A DNA stretch of 64,000 nucleotides from a virus: positions 1 to 64,000 of the IMG/VR virus record IMGVR_UViG_3300014838_000020; one strand, written 5' to 3'. Of the stretch, positions 48,679-57,856 are shown piece after piece (position 1 is the first letter of the stretch; the number at the start of each line of letters is the position of its first letter). The notes below the pieces were generated by a model. It was not told the origin of the DNA and ran no database searches. It was given only the letters and a program-made list of their open reading frames with translations. Both the position numbers and the translations under genes were made by a program.

Positions 48679-49572
48679 TTAAACGTTTAATTCAGACTTA
48701 AGTTTTTCTCCATAAGTATCTTCACCAATAGTTACATCATCCTCATACTCATCGTCATCTTCCCATGAGTTGGAAACAGAACTCGTAGAAGAAGTATTTG
48801 AAGTAGTATTTGAAGGCTTTTGTCCATCCTTTACAGGCTCAATCCCATGAAGGTAGCGGTCATAATATTCCTGACTGCCCATTCTCCTAAGAAGACCCTC
48901 AATGTCTGGAAGGTACTGATTGTACTTACCAAGATCATCAATGGCTTTTCCATAAGCTGGAATAACTGAGTAAGTAGTTTGAGTACCCTTACCCATACGA
49001 ATAATTTCAAAATCACGGTCAGGCAAACTAAGTCCCTGATCATCCATTCTACTGGAATGGGTAGCAATTTGTCCCCAGAAGCGAATACCCTGGTTAATAA
49101 TTGCTACGTATGGAGCCTTAGCATCTTTGCCGTCTAGTTCATACTCGACAATAGCATCTCGATGTTCTGGATATCTATTCTCATCAGAACCAGCCATGAC
49201 TCGAACATTACGTCCTGTCTCTTCATCCTTAGTGAACTTTGGTTCTCGCAGAACTACAACACCATAACCAACTTCTCGGCGCATAGTCTCTGGAGTTTGC
49301 TTTGAACCAAAAGGACGAGCACACAGTTCGCACTCTTGACCGAAGTTTTCTCGACAGACATAGCTTCGCTTTTTGCCATCGTGAGATTGGACAAATTCGT
49401 GGATATCTACAAAGATGATATCGTCTGCTGGAGTAAGGAACCTTACCACCTTTGCTTCGATATCTCCCCATGAGAGAAACTTGGTGGTTAATCCTTTTGA
49501 ATAATCTCTATTCTGGTTGTTCAACTTTGCCATAGCATCGTTTACTACACCCATGCCTCTTTTAAGTGACAT
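48679..49572 (-). CDS. Single-stranded DNA-binding protein (T4 gp32-like); start probably ATG 49572
   Basis: VVRFL...H....YVC....CELC zinc site, RDFEIIRMGKGTQTTY, acidic C-terminal tail; AAAGG RBS before 49572. Confidence 0.82.
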   Translation of the reverse strand: MSLKRGMGVVNDAMAKLNNQNRDYSKGLTTKFLSWGDIEAKVVRFLTPADDIIFVDIHEFVQSHDGKKRSYVCRENFGQECELCARPFGSKQTPETMRREVGYGVVVLREPKFTKDEETGRNVRVMAGSDENRYPEHRDAIVEYELDGKDAKAPYVAIINQGIRFWGQIATHSSRMDDQGLSLPDRDFEIIRMGKGTQTTYSVIPAYGKAIDDLGKYNQYLPDIEGLLRRMGSQEYYDRYLHGIEPVKDGQKPSNTTSNTSSTSSVSNSWEDDDEYEDDVTIGEDTYGEKLKSELNV

Positions 49573-49591
49573 TTTTGTTACCTTTCTTTTA

Positions 49592-49695
49592 ACTATCATA
49601 TTTGATAGTATCTTTATCTCCATTTGGAGAATTGTGTGATGAGCGGTTTGCTCACCATCTAGTTCAATAGTACCGTAGTATTACTAGTTTGTCAA
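49592..49695 (-). promoter_or_regulatory. sigma70 promoter plus structured 5' leader (three hairpins) of ssb
   Basis: TTGACA-17 nt-TACTAT (49695-49667); stems at 49638-49656, 49617-49630 and 49592-49609. Confidence 0.65.
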
Positions 49696-49712
49696 GTACC
49701 TTATTAGAAAAT

Positions 49713-49961
49713 CTAAACATCTGTATACATTGGATCGAGCATTGTAACTCGTTGTCCGGCATCGGTTTCCCAAATCATCGTATAGTTTTTACCATCACCT
49801 AAAGGTCGGGTAACAGAAGTTACTGTCCATATTTTGCGACACTTCTTGCATTCCCAAGTACTCCCTATATCAACTATTCTAGTTCTGCGAGAAACACCGG
49901 GAATTTTACAGTGATGAGGTTTCCTTTTTTTTGGCTTCAGACATCTTCTTTTTAGTCTCAT
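49713..49961 (-). CDS. Hypothetical protein
   Basis: HHC...WECKKC motif. Confidence 0.5.
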   Translation of the reverse strand: MRLKRRCLKPKKRKPHHCKIPGVSRRTRIVDIGSTWECKKCRKIWTVTSVTRPLGDGKNYTMIWETDAGQRVTMLDPMYTDV

Positions 49962-49984
49962 CGGAATGTTTTCTAACCACCTAT

Positions 49985-50989
49985 TTACCTCTTTTTATAG
50001 TAGCCAAAACTATACTCTAAATATCCCAATGATTCCGGAATAAAATCTAATGAAGCTGGGTCTTCTCCGTCAGGGGTAGTTATAGCTCTTACCCTCGTAT
50101 AATCCTTTAATCCGTCTAAAATGACATTACAACCATTTTGTCCTGCACTATCTCCATCGAAAAATACGCTAACATTATCAAATCTTCTTAAAAGGATTAA
50201 TTGTTCTTTTGAGACAGATGCACCGAACGAGGCTACTACATCGTTGATACCTCTGGACTTTAACACTAGAACACTCATTGGGCTTTCGACAACATAACAG
50301 TGATTATTATCAACAATATTATTAAGATTATACAACGAATACTTACGAGGGAAACCCCTCGTATTTCTATATTTTGCCACATTTTGGGTATCATCTAATC
50401 TCCTTGATACCCATCCTACTAGATCATTATCAATAAAATGGGGTAGTACATTACGTTGTACTTTTATGATTTCTTTAGATTTATCTCGTTCATATCCTGG
50501 ATCTAATATACCAGTTTTCATTTCTTTTTGAACCTCATATGAAACTCCACGCTCTAATAAATACTCAGATGGTTGAATCCATTCATCTAAGATTCTCTCT
50601 GAATATCGTGGAATTAATAGTTCTTTTGGTAAACCTTTATCTTTTAATAATTTATCTAATTTAACTATAAATTGTTCAACCGGAATTGGTTGTAATGCTT
50701 CCGAATAGTTTTTAATCTTGTTAATAGCATCATTTTTAGAAAGATCTAGAACATTTTGAACAAGCCATATAATTGTTCCACCACCGCAGGTAAAACAATT
50801 GAATAAAAGTGTATCTTTATTCAGACTTGCAGAAGGATTTTGATCACCATGAGCATGAAGCCCAAAATTTAGTGTACAAGAGTGTAAAATCTCATTATTA
50901 TTAATCTGTAGATTTTTGGCACCCAATAGATCTTCTAATAGATTTTCAACATCTAAACCTGGGAATACATCATTTAAATAATTATTCAT
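49985..50989 (-). CDS. DNA primase (CHC2 zinc finger + TOPRIM)
   Basis: C..H.D.NPSA...FNCFTCG; YVVES; FDGDSAG; GEDP. Confidence 0.92.
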   Translation of the reverse strand: MNNYLNDVFPGLDVENLLEDLLGAKNLQINNNEILHSCTLNFGLHAHGDQNPSASLNKDTLLFNCFTCGGGTIIWLVQNVLDLSKNDAINKIKNYSEALQPIPVEQFIVKLDKLLKDKGLPKELLIPRYSERILDEWIQPSEYLLERGVSYEVQKEMKTGILDPGYERDKSKEIIKVQRNVLPHFIDNDLVGWVSRRLDDTQNVAKYRNTRGFPRKYSLYNLNNIVDNNHCYVVESPMSVLVLKSRGINDVVASFGASVSKEQLILLRRFDNVSVFFDGDSAGQNGCNVILDGLKDYTRVRAITTPDGEDPASLDFIPESLGYLEYSFGYYKKR

Positions 50990-50994
50990 ATTTA

Positions 50995-52305
50995 TTAATC
51001 TCCCACCGTATCTCCAACTGTATCTGCATCCAGATCTAATTCTTTAATTACTTCAATAGATGATTTGTCGTCCATGACATACTCCATTAGATAAGATTTT
51101 AAACTACTTCGTCTAGATTTTAGAATTTCAAATACTTTAACTTCTTGTTTCATCATTTCTTGAGTGGCAGAAATACCTATAGCCATACTAACATTTTGTT
51201 CAATCTGTGAAGACAAAGCAATATGCTGCAGTCCACCACGTTGATTCTTCTTATTTTGTGAATCTCTGTTGAATTGAACGAGCCAAATACTTGCTAGATT
51301 CATTTCCTTATTAATTCTAGTGATATCAACGATGAGTTCACCCATCTGTGCTGTCTGGGCATTATTGTTGCCTCTATAACTACCCTCTGGGGTTAACCAA
51401 CTTAACTGGTCACCTATTACTAATTCTGCACCCCAAAGTTTTGCTCTACTATATAGATCTTGTACGGTTCGTTCAGATGCATGAGAAGGAGTATCGATAA
51501 GTAGGTTATCACCAAATGATTCAATCTCTGTCCGAGCACTTTTAAGTTGCTCTAACTCTAGAGAGTTTAGCTCTCCTCTTTCATATTTGGAAAAACTAAC
51601 ACCACTTACTAGACAGTCCAACCGCTTTAGTTCCAGCTCTTTATCGAGCTCAAGATTCAACAGATAAACTTTTGTACCACGGCGAGCAGCTTCTAGAGCT
51701 AACTTTGCACCAGTTAAGGATTTACCAATTCCAGTGTAACCAACAATTACTGCTAGTTCCCCTGGATGAATACCATATAGTTGGTCATTAATTAGATCCC
51801 AACCGAAATAAATGCCCTTACGTTTTTTTGATTTTTCTAAATCAATTGTAGAATCAATATACTCATCTACTCTATGTTGGAATCTATCTTTATATACTTC
51901 AATACGTTCTCTAGTTGAAGTATCTTCTTGAACTTTAGATAATCTTGATATAGCAATATTAATTGCTTTTTCTGGATCATCATCTAAAGCATCAGCTGAT
52001 TCCAAAAGAATTTTTTGTACGTTGGCTCTACGATATTTCTCTAACAGATCATTAGTAATAATATGAACCAGATATTCTTCATCAGGCCATCCAGTAGTAT
52101 TAAAATAACTTTCAAACTTTATTTTCAAAAGATTTTCAGTTGGTGCTGTTTTAAATTCTGATTTAATTAAGTAATCTAAAGCAAATTTGTATATTTCTCT
52201 AATAGAATTATCGAAAAAATGCTCAGATCTTACACCTTTATCCCACAGATACTGTAGGTCGTTAATATTGACAAAATTCCTAATTGCTGTATATTCTAAA
52301 TCCAT
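50995..52305 (-). CDS. DnaB-like replicative helicase
   Basis: GIHPGELAVIVGYTGIGKS, NLEL, VIGDQL, QFNR, IEQ, KSRR. Confidence 0.92.
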   Translation of the reverse strand: MDLEYTAIRNFVNINDLQYLWDKGVRSEHFFDNSIREIYKFALDYLIKSEFKTAPTENLLKIKFESYFNTTGWPDEEYLVHIITNDLLEKYRRANVQKILLESADALDDDPEKAINIAISRLSKVQEDTSTRERIEVYKDRFQHRVDEYIDSTIDLEKSKKRKGIYFGWDLINDQLYGIHPGELAVIVGYTGIGKSLTGAKLALEAARRGTKVYLLNLELDKELELKRLDCLVSGVSFSKYERGELNSLELEQLKSARTEIESFGDNLLIDTPSHASERTVQDLYSRAKLWGAELVIGDQLSWLTPEGSYRGNNNAQTAQMGELIVDITRINKEMNLASIWLVQFNRDSQNKKNQRGGLQHIALSSQIEQNVSMAIGISATQEMMKQEVKVFEILKSRRSSLKSYLMEYVMDDKSSIEVIKELDLDADTVGDTVGD

Positions 52306-52328
52306 TAAGTTTAAACTCCGTTTAACTG

Positions 52329-52529
52329 TTATAGATCATTGTGATCGACGACGGGAATTGCTTCTAGTATCATAATACAATCATTAATCGTATCTTTGTG
52401 TTCACCATCGAGAACTTCTAGAACTACCTTACCAAACGGTGAATCATCAAATTTCGAAGAAGGCATTTCCATCTTCTTAAATAGTTTTAGCGCTGCTATT
52501 GCAACACTTTTCTCAATTAACTCACTCAT
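52329..52529 (-). CDS. Hypothetical protein
   Basis: GGAAG RBS; in the operon. Confidence 0.5.
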   Translation of the reverse strand: MSELIEKSVAIAALKLFKKMEMPSSKFDDSPFGKVVLEVLDGEHKDTINDCIMILEAIPVVDHNDL

Positions 52530-52549
52530 GACTTCCTTCTTTCGTTTGT

Positions 52550-53344
52550 TTAATATATTTTTCTAATTTTTTGTTCTTTAATTTCAGCTAGAACTCTTGT
52601 TCTCGCCTGCTCTCGGTAGTCAACACCGATGGTCTCTTTCAGAATCATTCGTTCTTTCAATAGAGAGAATATAGCAGATCCGTAGCCTTCATTCAACTCA
52701 TCTTTGGTAAGATTTGTTGTCATAAACGTTGATCGACTGTCCAAAGCTCTTTGACGAAGAACATGGTCAAAAGTTGCCTCGGAAAGATTTGATTTGGCTA
52801 TAAATTCTTTCCCAACATCATCAAGAATGAATACATCTGCTTTAATGACGTTATCTTCAAATCTATCTCGATCGGTATTGTTACCCCAACCTCTAGTGAA
52901 CTCATCAATCATCTGAGTGAATGTAGCAAAGTATACAGAGTAACCTAATTTAACTAACTCTTTTGCCGTTAGAGCAGCCAATAGAGTCTTACCAGTTCCC
53001 CATGAACCATAATACAAAATACCAATACCATTTTTTACCATAGCCTTATGTTGATTCAAATAAGTCTCTGCTACTGCTAACGCTTTTGGGTCACCATGAT
53101 AGTCAGACCAGTCGAGTCTTTGATAGGTTTGACCTATACCAGCGTTTAGATAGTGTTTATAAAGTTGAAGTTGTTGTTTGCATTCTCCACAGCAGTTATC
53201 AGACTTTGGACCATCGCACGTAGGACAACCACGTTTAGCGAATTTAGATAAATTAGGATTCCTGTGTGATAGAAATTCTATTACATTATCTGATAAGAAC
53301 TCGTAAGTTAAATCCTTATAATCATTTTCCCATGAGATTAACAA
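52550..53344 (-). CDS. DnaC/IstB-like helicase loader ATPase
   Basis: GSWGTGKT, FILDDVGKE, R...TFMTTNL; N-terminal CxxC. Confidence 0.9.
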   Translation of the reverse strand: MLISWENDYKDLTYEFLSDNVIEFLSHRNPNLSKFAKRGCPTCDGPKSDNCCGECKQQLQLYKHYLNAGIGQTYQRLDWSDYHGDPKALAVAETYLNQHKAMVKNGIGILYYGSWGTGKTLLAALTAKELVKLGYSVYFATFTQMIDEFTRGWGNNTDRDRFEDNVIKADVFILDDVGKEFIAKSNLSEATFDHVLRQRALDSRSTFMTTNLTKDELNEGYGSAIFSLLKERMILKETIGVDYREQARTRVLAEIKEQKIRKIY

Positions 53345-53813
53345 AATCTTCTCCGTCTAAAGTTCCAGTAGCCGTTGATGGCTTATTCTTTTTATTGCGT
53401 TCTTCCCACAGTGCATTAAATAAAATGTCCTGTATCCACTTAGCTCCCTTTGAAAATCCAGTAGCTGTAATAATATTACCATTAATATTACCCTTGAACT
53501 TATCAAACAGGACATCAATTATTTCAGGTGCATCTACTCCATATCGAGCCATAAAACCTTTGATACAAGAAGTCTCTTTATCCCACTCGATAATGTAAGG
53601 GATATTATGTGTTTCTTCAAATCTCTTTGCAAAATATACTAAGAGATCTCTAGGTTTTGTTAAATCTAATTTACGTTCAGTAGAGGTTTCAACAATGGTA
53701 GGTTCGGCTTTTTCATTGTCACTATTATCGTTCTGTATCTCCCATGATTCTGGCATTCTTATTTTCCCTATCTTCTTTAAGTGACTTATTGAAAGCGTAA
53801 GAAACATTAGCAA
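53322..53813 (-). CDS. Hypothetical replication-associated protein (start probably near 53757)
   Basis: Directly upstream of the DnaC-like gene. Confidence 0.45.
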   Translation of the reverse strand: MLMFLTLSISHLKKIGKIRMPESWEIQNDNSDNEKAEPTIVETSTERKLDLTKPRDLLVYFAKRFEETHNIPYIIEWDKETSCIKGFMARYGVDAPEIIDVLFDKFKGNINGNIITATGFSKGAKWIQDILFNALWEERNKKNKPSTATGTLDGEDFVNLMGK

Positions 53814-54147
53814 AGTTTTTAACTTTGTTTTCTATTTCCTCTGCCTCATCCTTGTTCAAATCCTTGATTGATGTACCTGTTGGTGAAATTAATGTAATGC
53901 TCTCTTTAGAGATTAGATGAAAAGAATAATCATGTTCTACATCCCCATCATTTTCAGCTCCCCATACCTGTACCCAATATTCATCCAATCCAGCTAAAAA
54001 ACCTGAGATAGCATAACCATCTGCAATGATCTGAATTTTTTGTCGCTTCATAGCCCAAAGAGAAAGATTTCTTTCGAACATATCTTCCGATTCTTGAGCT
54101 AATCTTTGATGAATTCCCATTGTTGCTGTTGTTACTGTTTCTGACAT
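53725..54147 (-). CDS. Hypothetical protein (Sm/Hfq-like fold possible)
   Basis: IQII.DGY.ISGFLAGLDEY...HLISKESITLISP resembles an Sm1/Sm2 pattern. Confidence 0.4.
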   Translation of the reverse strand: MSETVTTATMGIHQRLAQESEDMFERNLSLWAMKRQKIQIIADGYAISGFLAGLDEYWVQVWGAENDGDVEHDYSFHLISKESITLISPTGTSIKDLNKDEAEEIENKVKNFANVSYAFNKSLKEDRENKNARIMGDTER

Positions 54148-54360
54148 ATTTTCCTTTACTTGTTAAAAACTAATCTTGACATTCAAGATCAATGTAATTT
54201 GTTAGAAAGAAATTAACTACTTCCATTGGATCTTTATCGGCCCAACTTTCTAGTTCACTTATATAGCCACATGCCATATGGAATAGCTTCTTGTAATCGT
54301 ATGTAGCTTCTGCTACGTCAGCACTCATTTAATACTTCTCCTCGTACTACTAATCTCTTA

Positions 54361-54777
54361 TTATTTAGTATACACTACTTCATCATCGGAGTCAAGTACC
54401 CCGGCCTCTCGAAAATCTATTTTTGCTTGGATTAAATGGCCTTTCATGTTCTTAGTTCCATACCCTCCAGGGAATAGTATAGCGTAATCAATTCCTGATT
54501 TGATCATTTCTTCATTACGTACATTGCCCCCAGCCTTACCGTACTTAGACCAGTTAGCCGGATGCGGTTCTACTGTAAAGTTATTATATGTAGCCCACAT
54601 TGCAGCTATTCGATCAACCCCACCGGCATCTCCATGAACAACAGTTATTCCTGCATCCGTTTCTTCCCAAGTTTCTTGTTCTTCACTCCACTCGTTAACG
54701 AACCATTCAGTTAATGTCTGTTCAATAAATCTATAAGCGTAAAAATCTCTTCCACCGGCAACTAATAATCTAAACAT
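54361..54777 (-). CDS. SLOG-family protein (DUF2493/YspA-like)
   Basis: LLVAGGRDF, VVHGDAGGVD, HPANWSKYGKAGG..RNEEM, FPGGYGT..M. Confidence 0.88.
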   Translation of the reverse strand: MFRLLVAGGRDFYAYRFIEQTLTEWFVNEWSEEQETWEETDAGITVVHGDAGGVDRIAAMWATYNNFTVEPHPANWSKYGKAGGNVRNEEMIKSGIDYAILFPGGYGTKNMKGHLIQAKIDFREAGVLDSDDEVVYTK

Positions 54778-54786
54778 TTTACTCCT

Positions 54787-55818
54787 TTACATATCATTAA
54801 AGATATCAAAATCCGATTGCTCATCTACAGAGTCCCAAAAATCTAGGGAATGCATTGAACCAATATTGCAAATTCTACTGGGCATGTTAAATTCTACCAT
54901 AGAAACTACCTCTTGATCACATGGATCTACAGCAATTGTCGAAGTGTCATTTCTTAACATGCTGATTAGTTCGTTAGCATCATTTATAGACTTTGCTATA
55001 TATATTCTTATATCTCCGTAAAGATTATTGATTTGAAAAGAGTTAACACCTTTTATAACATGAAGATAACGAGATATTTTTTCTTTAGTAATAAATCGTA
55101 TTAGATTTGCTTGCTGTACAAAATTTAGTTTTGATCGAAATTCTTCTATTTGTTCTCCATAGACTGAACTGTATATATCACTAATTTTAGTTAGAATTTC
55201 TTGATTTGGTTCCCCAATAAATATATAGAATTTAGGAGATAATGAACCAAGCCCATAAAAATTGAAGAAATCAAAACAAATGTTATCAATTAATGTATCT
55301 GTTATAGAGTTACTATTGACTACTCCAAAGGATAGTTTATCTTCATGAGTGTGAATTCTACGATGCTTAGTTGCTAATGTCTTATAATATTCTATAGTTT
55401 CATAATTACCAAAAACTATAATATCTGTTGCATTATCAATTGTATTTCTCCAACTAGAAGATAACTCTACTTCTTGATCAGTGCCTATGTGTACACTAGT
55501 TTTAATTTCATAAGTATTATGATTTTTAATAATATTTTCTATAATTAAAGCTTCATCCAATGATGATGGCTTTATGTCTATAGTATCTGCACCACTAAGT
55601 TGCAGTGCCAAAAATACACTTTTAGAAATTGTTAGTGGTGTACCATCTGATCCTATTAGTACTATTTTTCGTTTGGTTTTATTATTATGCTGATTAAAGT
55701 AAGGTGGTATAAAACTATTACTAATTAATCGTTCATAATCACTTTCTAAAAATTCACCAAATTGACTTAAAATTGATGAAAGATTATTATCATTATTAAT
55801 ATAATAATTATTATTCAT
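54787..55818 (-). CDS. LuxC-like acyl-CoA reductase homolog, catalytic residues substituted
   Basis: Colinear LuxC/ALDH-type motifs IKPSS, DIIVFGNYETI, KLSFGVV, D...FYGLGSLSP (family GC.SP), SRICNIGSM..FW. Confidence 0.72.
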   Translation of the reverse strand: MNNNYYINNDNNLSSILSQFGEFLESDYERLISNSFIPPYFNQHNNKTKRKIVLIGSDGTPLTISKSVFLALQLSGADTIDIKPSSLDEALIIENIIKNHNTYEIKTSVHIGTDQEVELSSSWRNTIDNATDIIVFGNYETIEYYKTLATKHRRIHTHEDKLSFGVVNSNSITDTLIDNICFDFFNFYGLGSLSPKFYIFIGEPNQEILTKISDIYSSVYGEQIEEFRSKLNFVQQANLIRFITKEKISRYLHVIKGVNSFQINNLYGDIRIYIAKSINDANELISMLRNDTSTIAVDPCDQEVVSMVEFNMPSRICNIGSMHSLDFWDSVDEQSDFDIFNDM

Positions 55819-55825
55819 ATTAATC

Positions 55826-56854
55826 TTACTTTGGCTTAATACCAGTTTTGATTATTTCATCAGATCGTCTGGTTATTTGTACTGTGCTATTACTATACTG
55901 AATGCCTAAATCATCACTAATTATGAATGGACAACTCCATACATTAGCTATATCAATAAAAGCTAAATTACCTTCAACTCCAGGTTCACATTCTTCTCCT
56001 GTAGTGGGATCTAGTACTCGTACAGAAATAGTAGGTGGCACATAATATGTGAGATTATCTCCCCATCTAAATAATTGACTTGATAGTTCAGTATTATAGT
56101 ATATCTGAATTACATCATTTGTAGGAGTATTGAAGTATTTTTTTAGCCAATCATTTAATTCAAAAAGAGTTAAATCCATCTTTGATAACTCATAGTAATC
56201 CCCAAATTGAAGAATCATTGATGTACCAGAAGTTATATCTATAATAGGATTAGAAGTTAAAGTATCTAGTGTTAACTTAAATTGATAAAATTGATTTGGT
56301 GTACCTACAATCATTAGTGGTTCATCTGATATTAAACTCTTAGAAGATGTAAATGCTTCTACCGCCTTAGGATCAGTTGGATTTACAGTCTCATAGATTC
56401 CACGAGAACCATATATTAAGAATAAATATTCCCAGATATATGATAAGAGAGAATTAGGTTTTTTATCATCGAGAAAAACAATTCTATTAGAATTACTAAT
56501 ACTTATTACACTAAAATTAAAATTACTAGTTATTGATGCTCTAAGAAATTCAGTATCTCTTAACACATGATGCTTTGGTTTATTACTCTGTGAAATGAAT
56601 TCAATTTCATTAGTAGGATCAAACCCATTAAAGTTATTTAACTGCAATTTTCTCTTAGAAAACTCATAAGAAGGTACTAATGGTATTTTACGCCAATCAT
56701 CTAATTTACCAATAGAATATTTTTTATAGTTCTTATTATGTAAACGATGTAAATCATAGAGATCTAAGGCTATATCACCAAAATTAAATTTGTCTGGATT
56801 TTTGATATACTCTTTTGTATTATTTAGTATACTATTTATTTTATCGATTTTCAT
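55826..56854 (-). CDS. LuxE-like acyl-protein synthetase homolog, catalytic motifs substituted
   Basis: F..IAL.LY....N..Y..Y...W..IPLVP...F; Y.NTELSSQ; PP...VRVLDP...G..G.LAFIDIANVWSCPFI..DDLG. Confidence 0.78.
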   Translation of the reverse strand: MKIDKINSILNNTKEYIKNPDKFNFGDIALDLYDLHRLHNKNYKKYSIGKLDDWRKIPLVPSYEFSKRKLQLNNFNGFDPTNEIEFISQSNKPKHHVLRDTEFLRASITSNFNFSVISISNSNRIVFLDDKKPNSLLSYIWEYLFLIYGSRGIYETVNPTDPKAVEAFTSSKSLISDEPLMIVGTPNQFYQFKLTLDTLTSNPIIDITSGTSMILQFGDYYELSKMDLTLFELNDWLKKYFNTPTNDVIQIYYNTELSSQLFRWGDNLTYYVPPTISVRVLDPTTGEECEPGVEGNLAFIDIANVWSCPFIISDDLGIQYSNSTVQITRRSDEIIKTGIKPK

Positions 56855-57804
56855 TGAAGTCTCTTACCAATATTAAATTTGTACCATAACAGCAAATTTT
56901 GCCAATCCTGTAATATTGTATGAAACTCTAATTGATTTAATAACTCTTTGAACTGGGGAGCCTTAAAGTCATCAGGCATAGTAGGATCAAACTTTAGATC
57001 TTCCATACTAACCGATGGGAACTCCTCTTGGTTATCTAGTTTGATTAGTTTATAAGCTAGCTCAACACTATTCTTTTGAGTTTTTATATACTCATCATTA
57101 GCTAATACATTATCAAGTGAACCATAGGTTTCCATTAAACCAGCAGCTTTAACTGGTCCAATATTTTTAGCACCAGCAATTCCGTCTGATTTATCGCCCA
57201 TTAAACTCCATAATTCTGGTAATTGTTCTGGAGTTAAATTATATTTACTAATAACAGCATCATAATCAATTATCTCTTCTTTAATATTTTTACTAAGACC
57301 CAAAGAAGGTTTCAAAACTGTAACATTGGGTCGTATAAGTTGTAACATATCATGATCCAAAGAAACTATTATTACTTCATCGAACTCATCTGCAAAATCA
57401 ATTGAGATTTTTGCAATTATATCATCTGCTTCTACACCACTGAACATCCTTTGGCATATATTTGCAGCATCCATCAAAGAATATACCATATCTCTTTGAG
57501 GAGAAAACTCATCTGGATAATCTGGATCGTTCTTTAAATTATCTTTTAATTTTTGTTGTCGTCTACGTTCACGATTAGCTTTATATTCTGGATATAAATC
57601 CCTTCGTTTTTGAGATCTACCTTTATCAAAGGCTACAATCATATGAGTTGGTTCTAAGCGTTTAGTTAAATAACTTATAGTATTTAGAAAACCATAAACA
57701 CCCCAAGTTGGTTCGTTTTTGGAGTTACGAAGATCATGTACACGTAATGACGTGTAGGCTCTCAGCAACAATGAAGTGCCATCTAGAATTAATAGCTTTT
57801 TAAT
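56851..57804 (-). CDS. 5'-3' exonuclease / flap endonuclease (PolA N-terminal, RNase H-like); probable ATT start at 57804
   Basis: (M)KKLLILDGTSLLLRAY, AFD, YPEYKANR, VEADDII, SLDHDMLQL, LMGDKSDGI.G.KNIGP..A. Confidence 0.92.
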   Translation of the reverse strand: MKKLLILDGTSLLLRAYTSLRVHDLRNSKNEPTWGVYGFLNTISYLTKRLEPTHMIVAFDKGRSQKRRDLYPEYKANRERRRQQKLKDNLKNDPDYPDEFSPQRDMVYSLMDAANICQRMFSGVEADDIIAKISIDFADEFDEVIIVSLDHDMLQLIRPNVTVLKPSLGLSKNIKEEIIDYDAVISKYNLTPEQLPELWSLMGDKSDGIAGAKNIGPVKAAGLMETYGSLDNVLANDEYIKTQKNSVELAYKLIKLDNQEEFPSVSMEDLKFDPTMPDDFKAPQFKELLNQLEFHTILQDWQNLLLWYKFNIGKRLQ

Positions 57805-57815
57805 AGTTAATATAT

Positions 57816-57844
57816 AGTATATAACATTTATGTTACTTTGTCAA
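57816..57844 (-). promoter_or_regulatory. sigma70 promoter for the exonuclease-luxE-luxC operon
   Basis: TTGACA-17 nt-TATACT; the spacer contains the inverted repeat TAACAT-nn-ATGTTA. Confidence 0.72.
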
Positions 57845-57856
57845 ATTAGCTAATAT

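Noticed and set aside
54787-56854. Bioluminescence (lux) operon
   Set aside because: No luxA, luxB or luxD in the window, and the catalytic motifs of both proteins are substituted.
31631-57838. Shared operator in promoter spacers (short inverted repeats at 31635-31647, 49676-49686, 57822-57835)
   Set aside because: The palindromes differ in sequence and are short A/T-rich words that could arise by chance.
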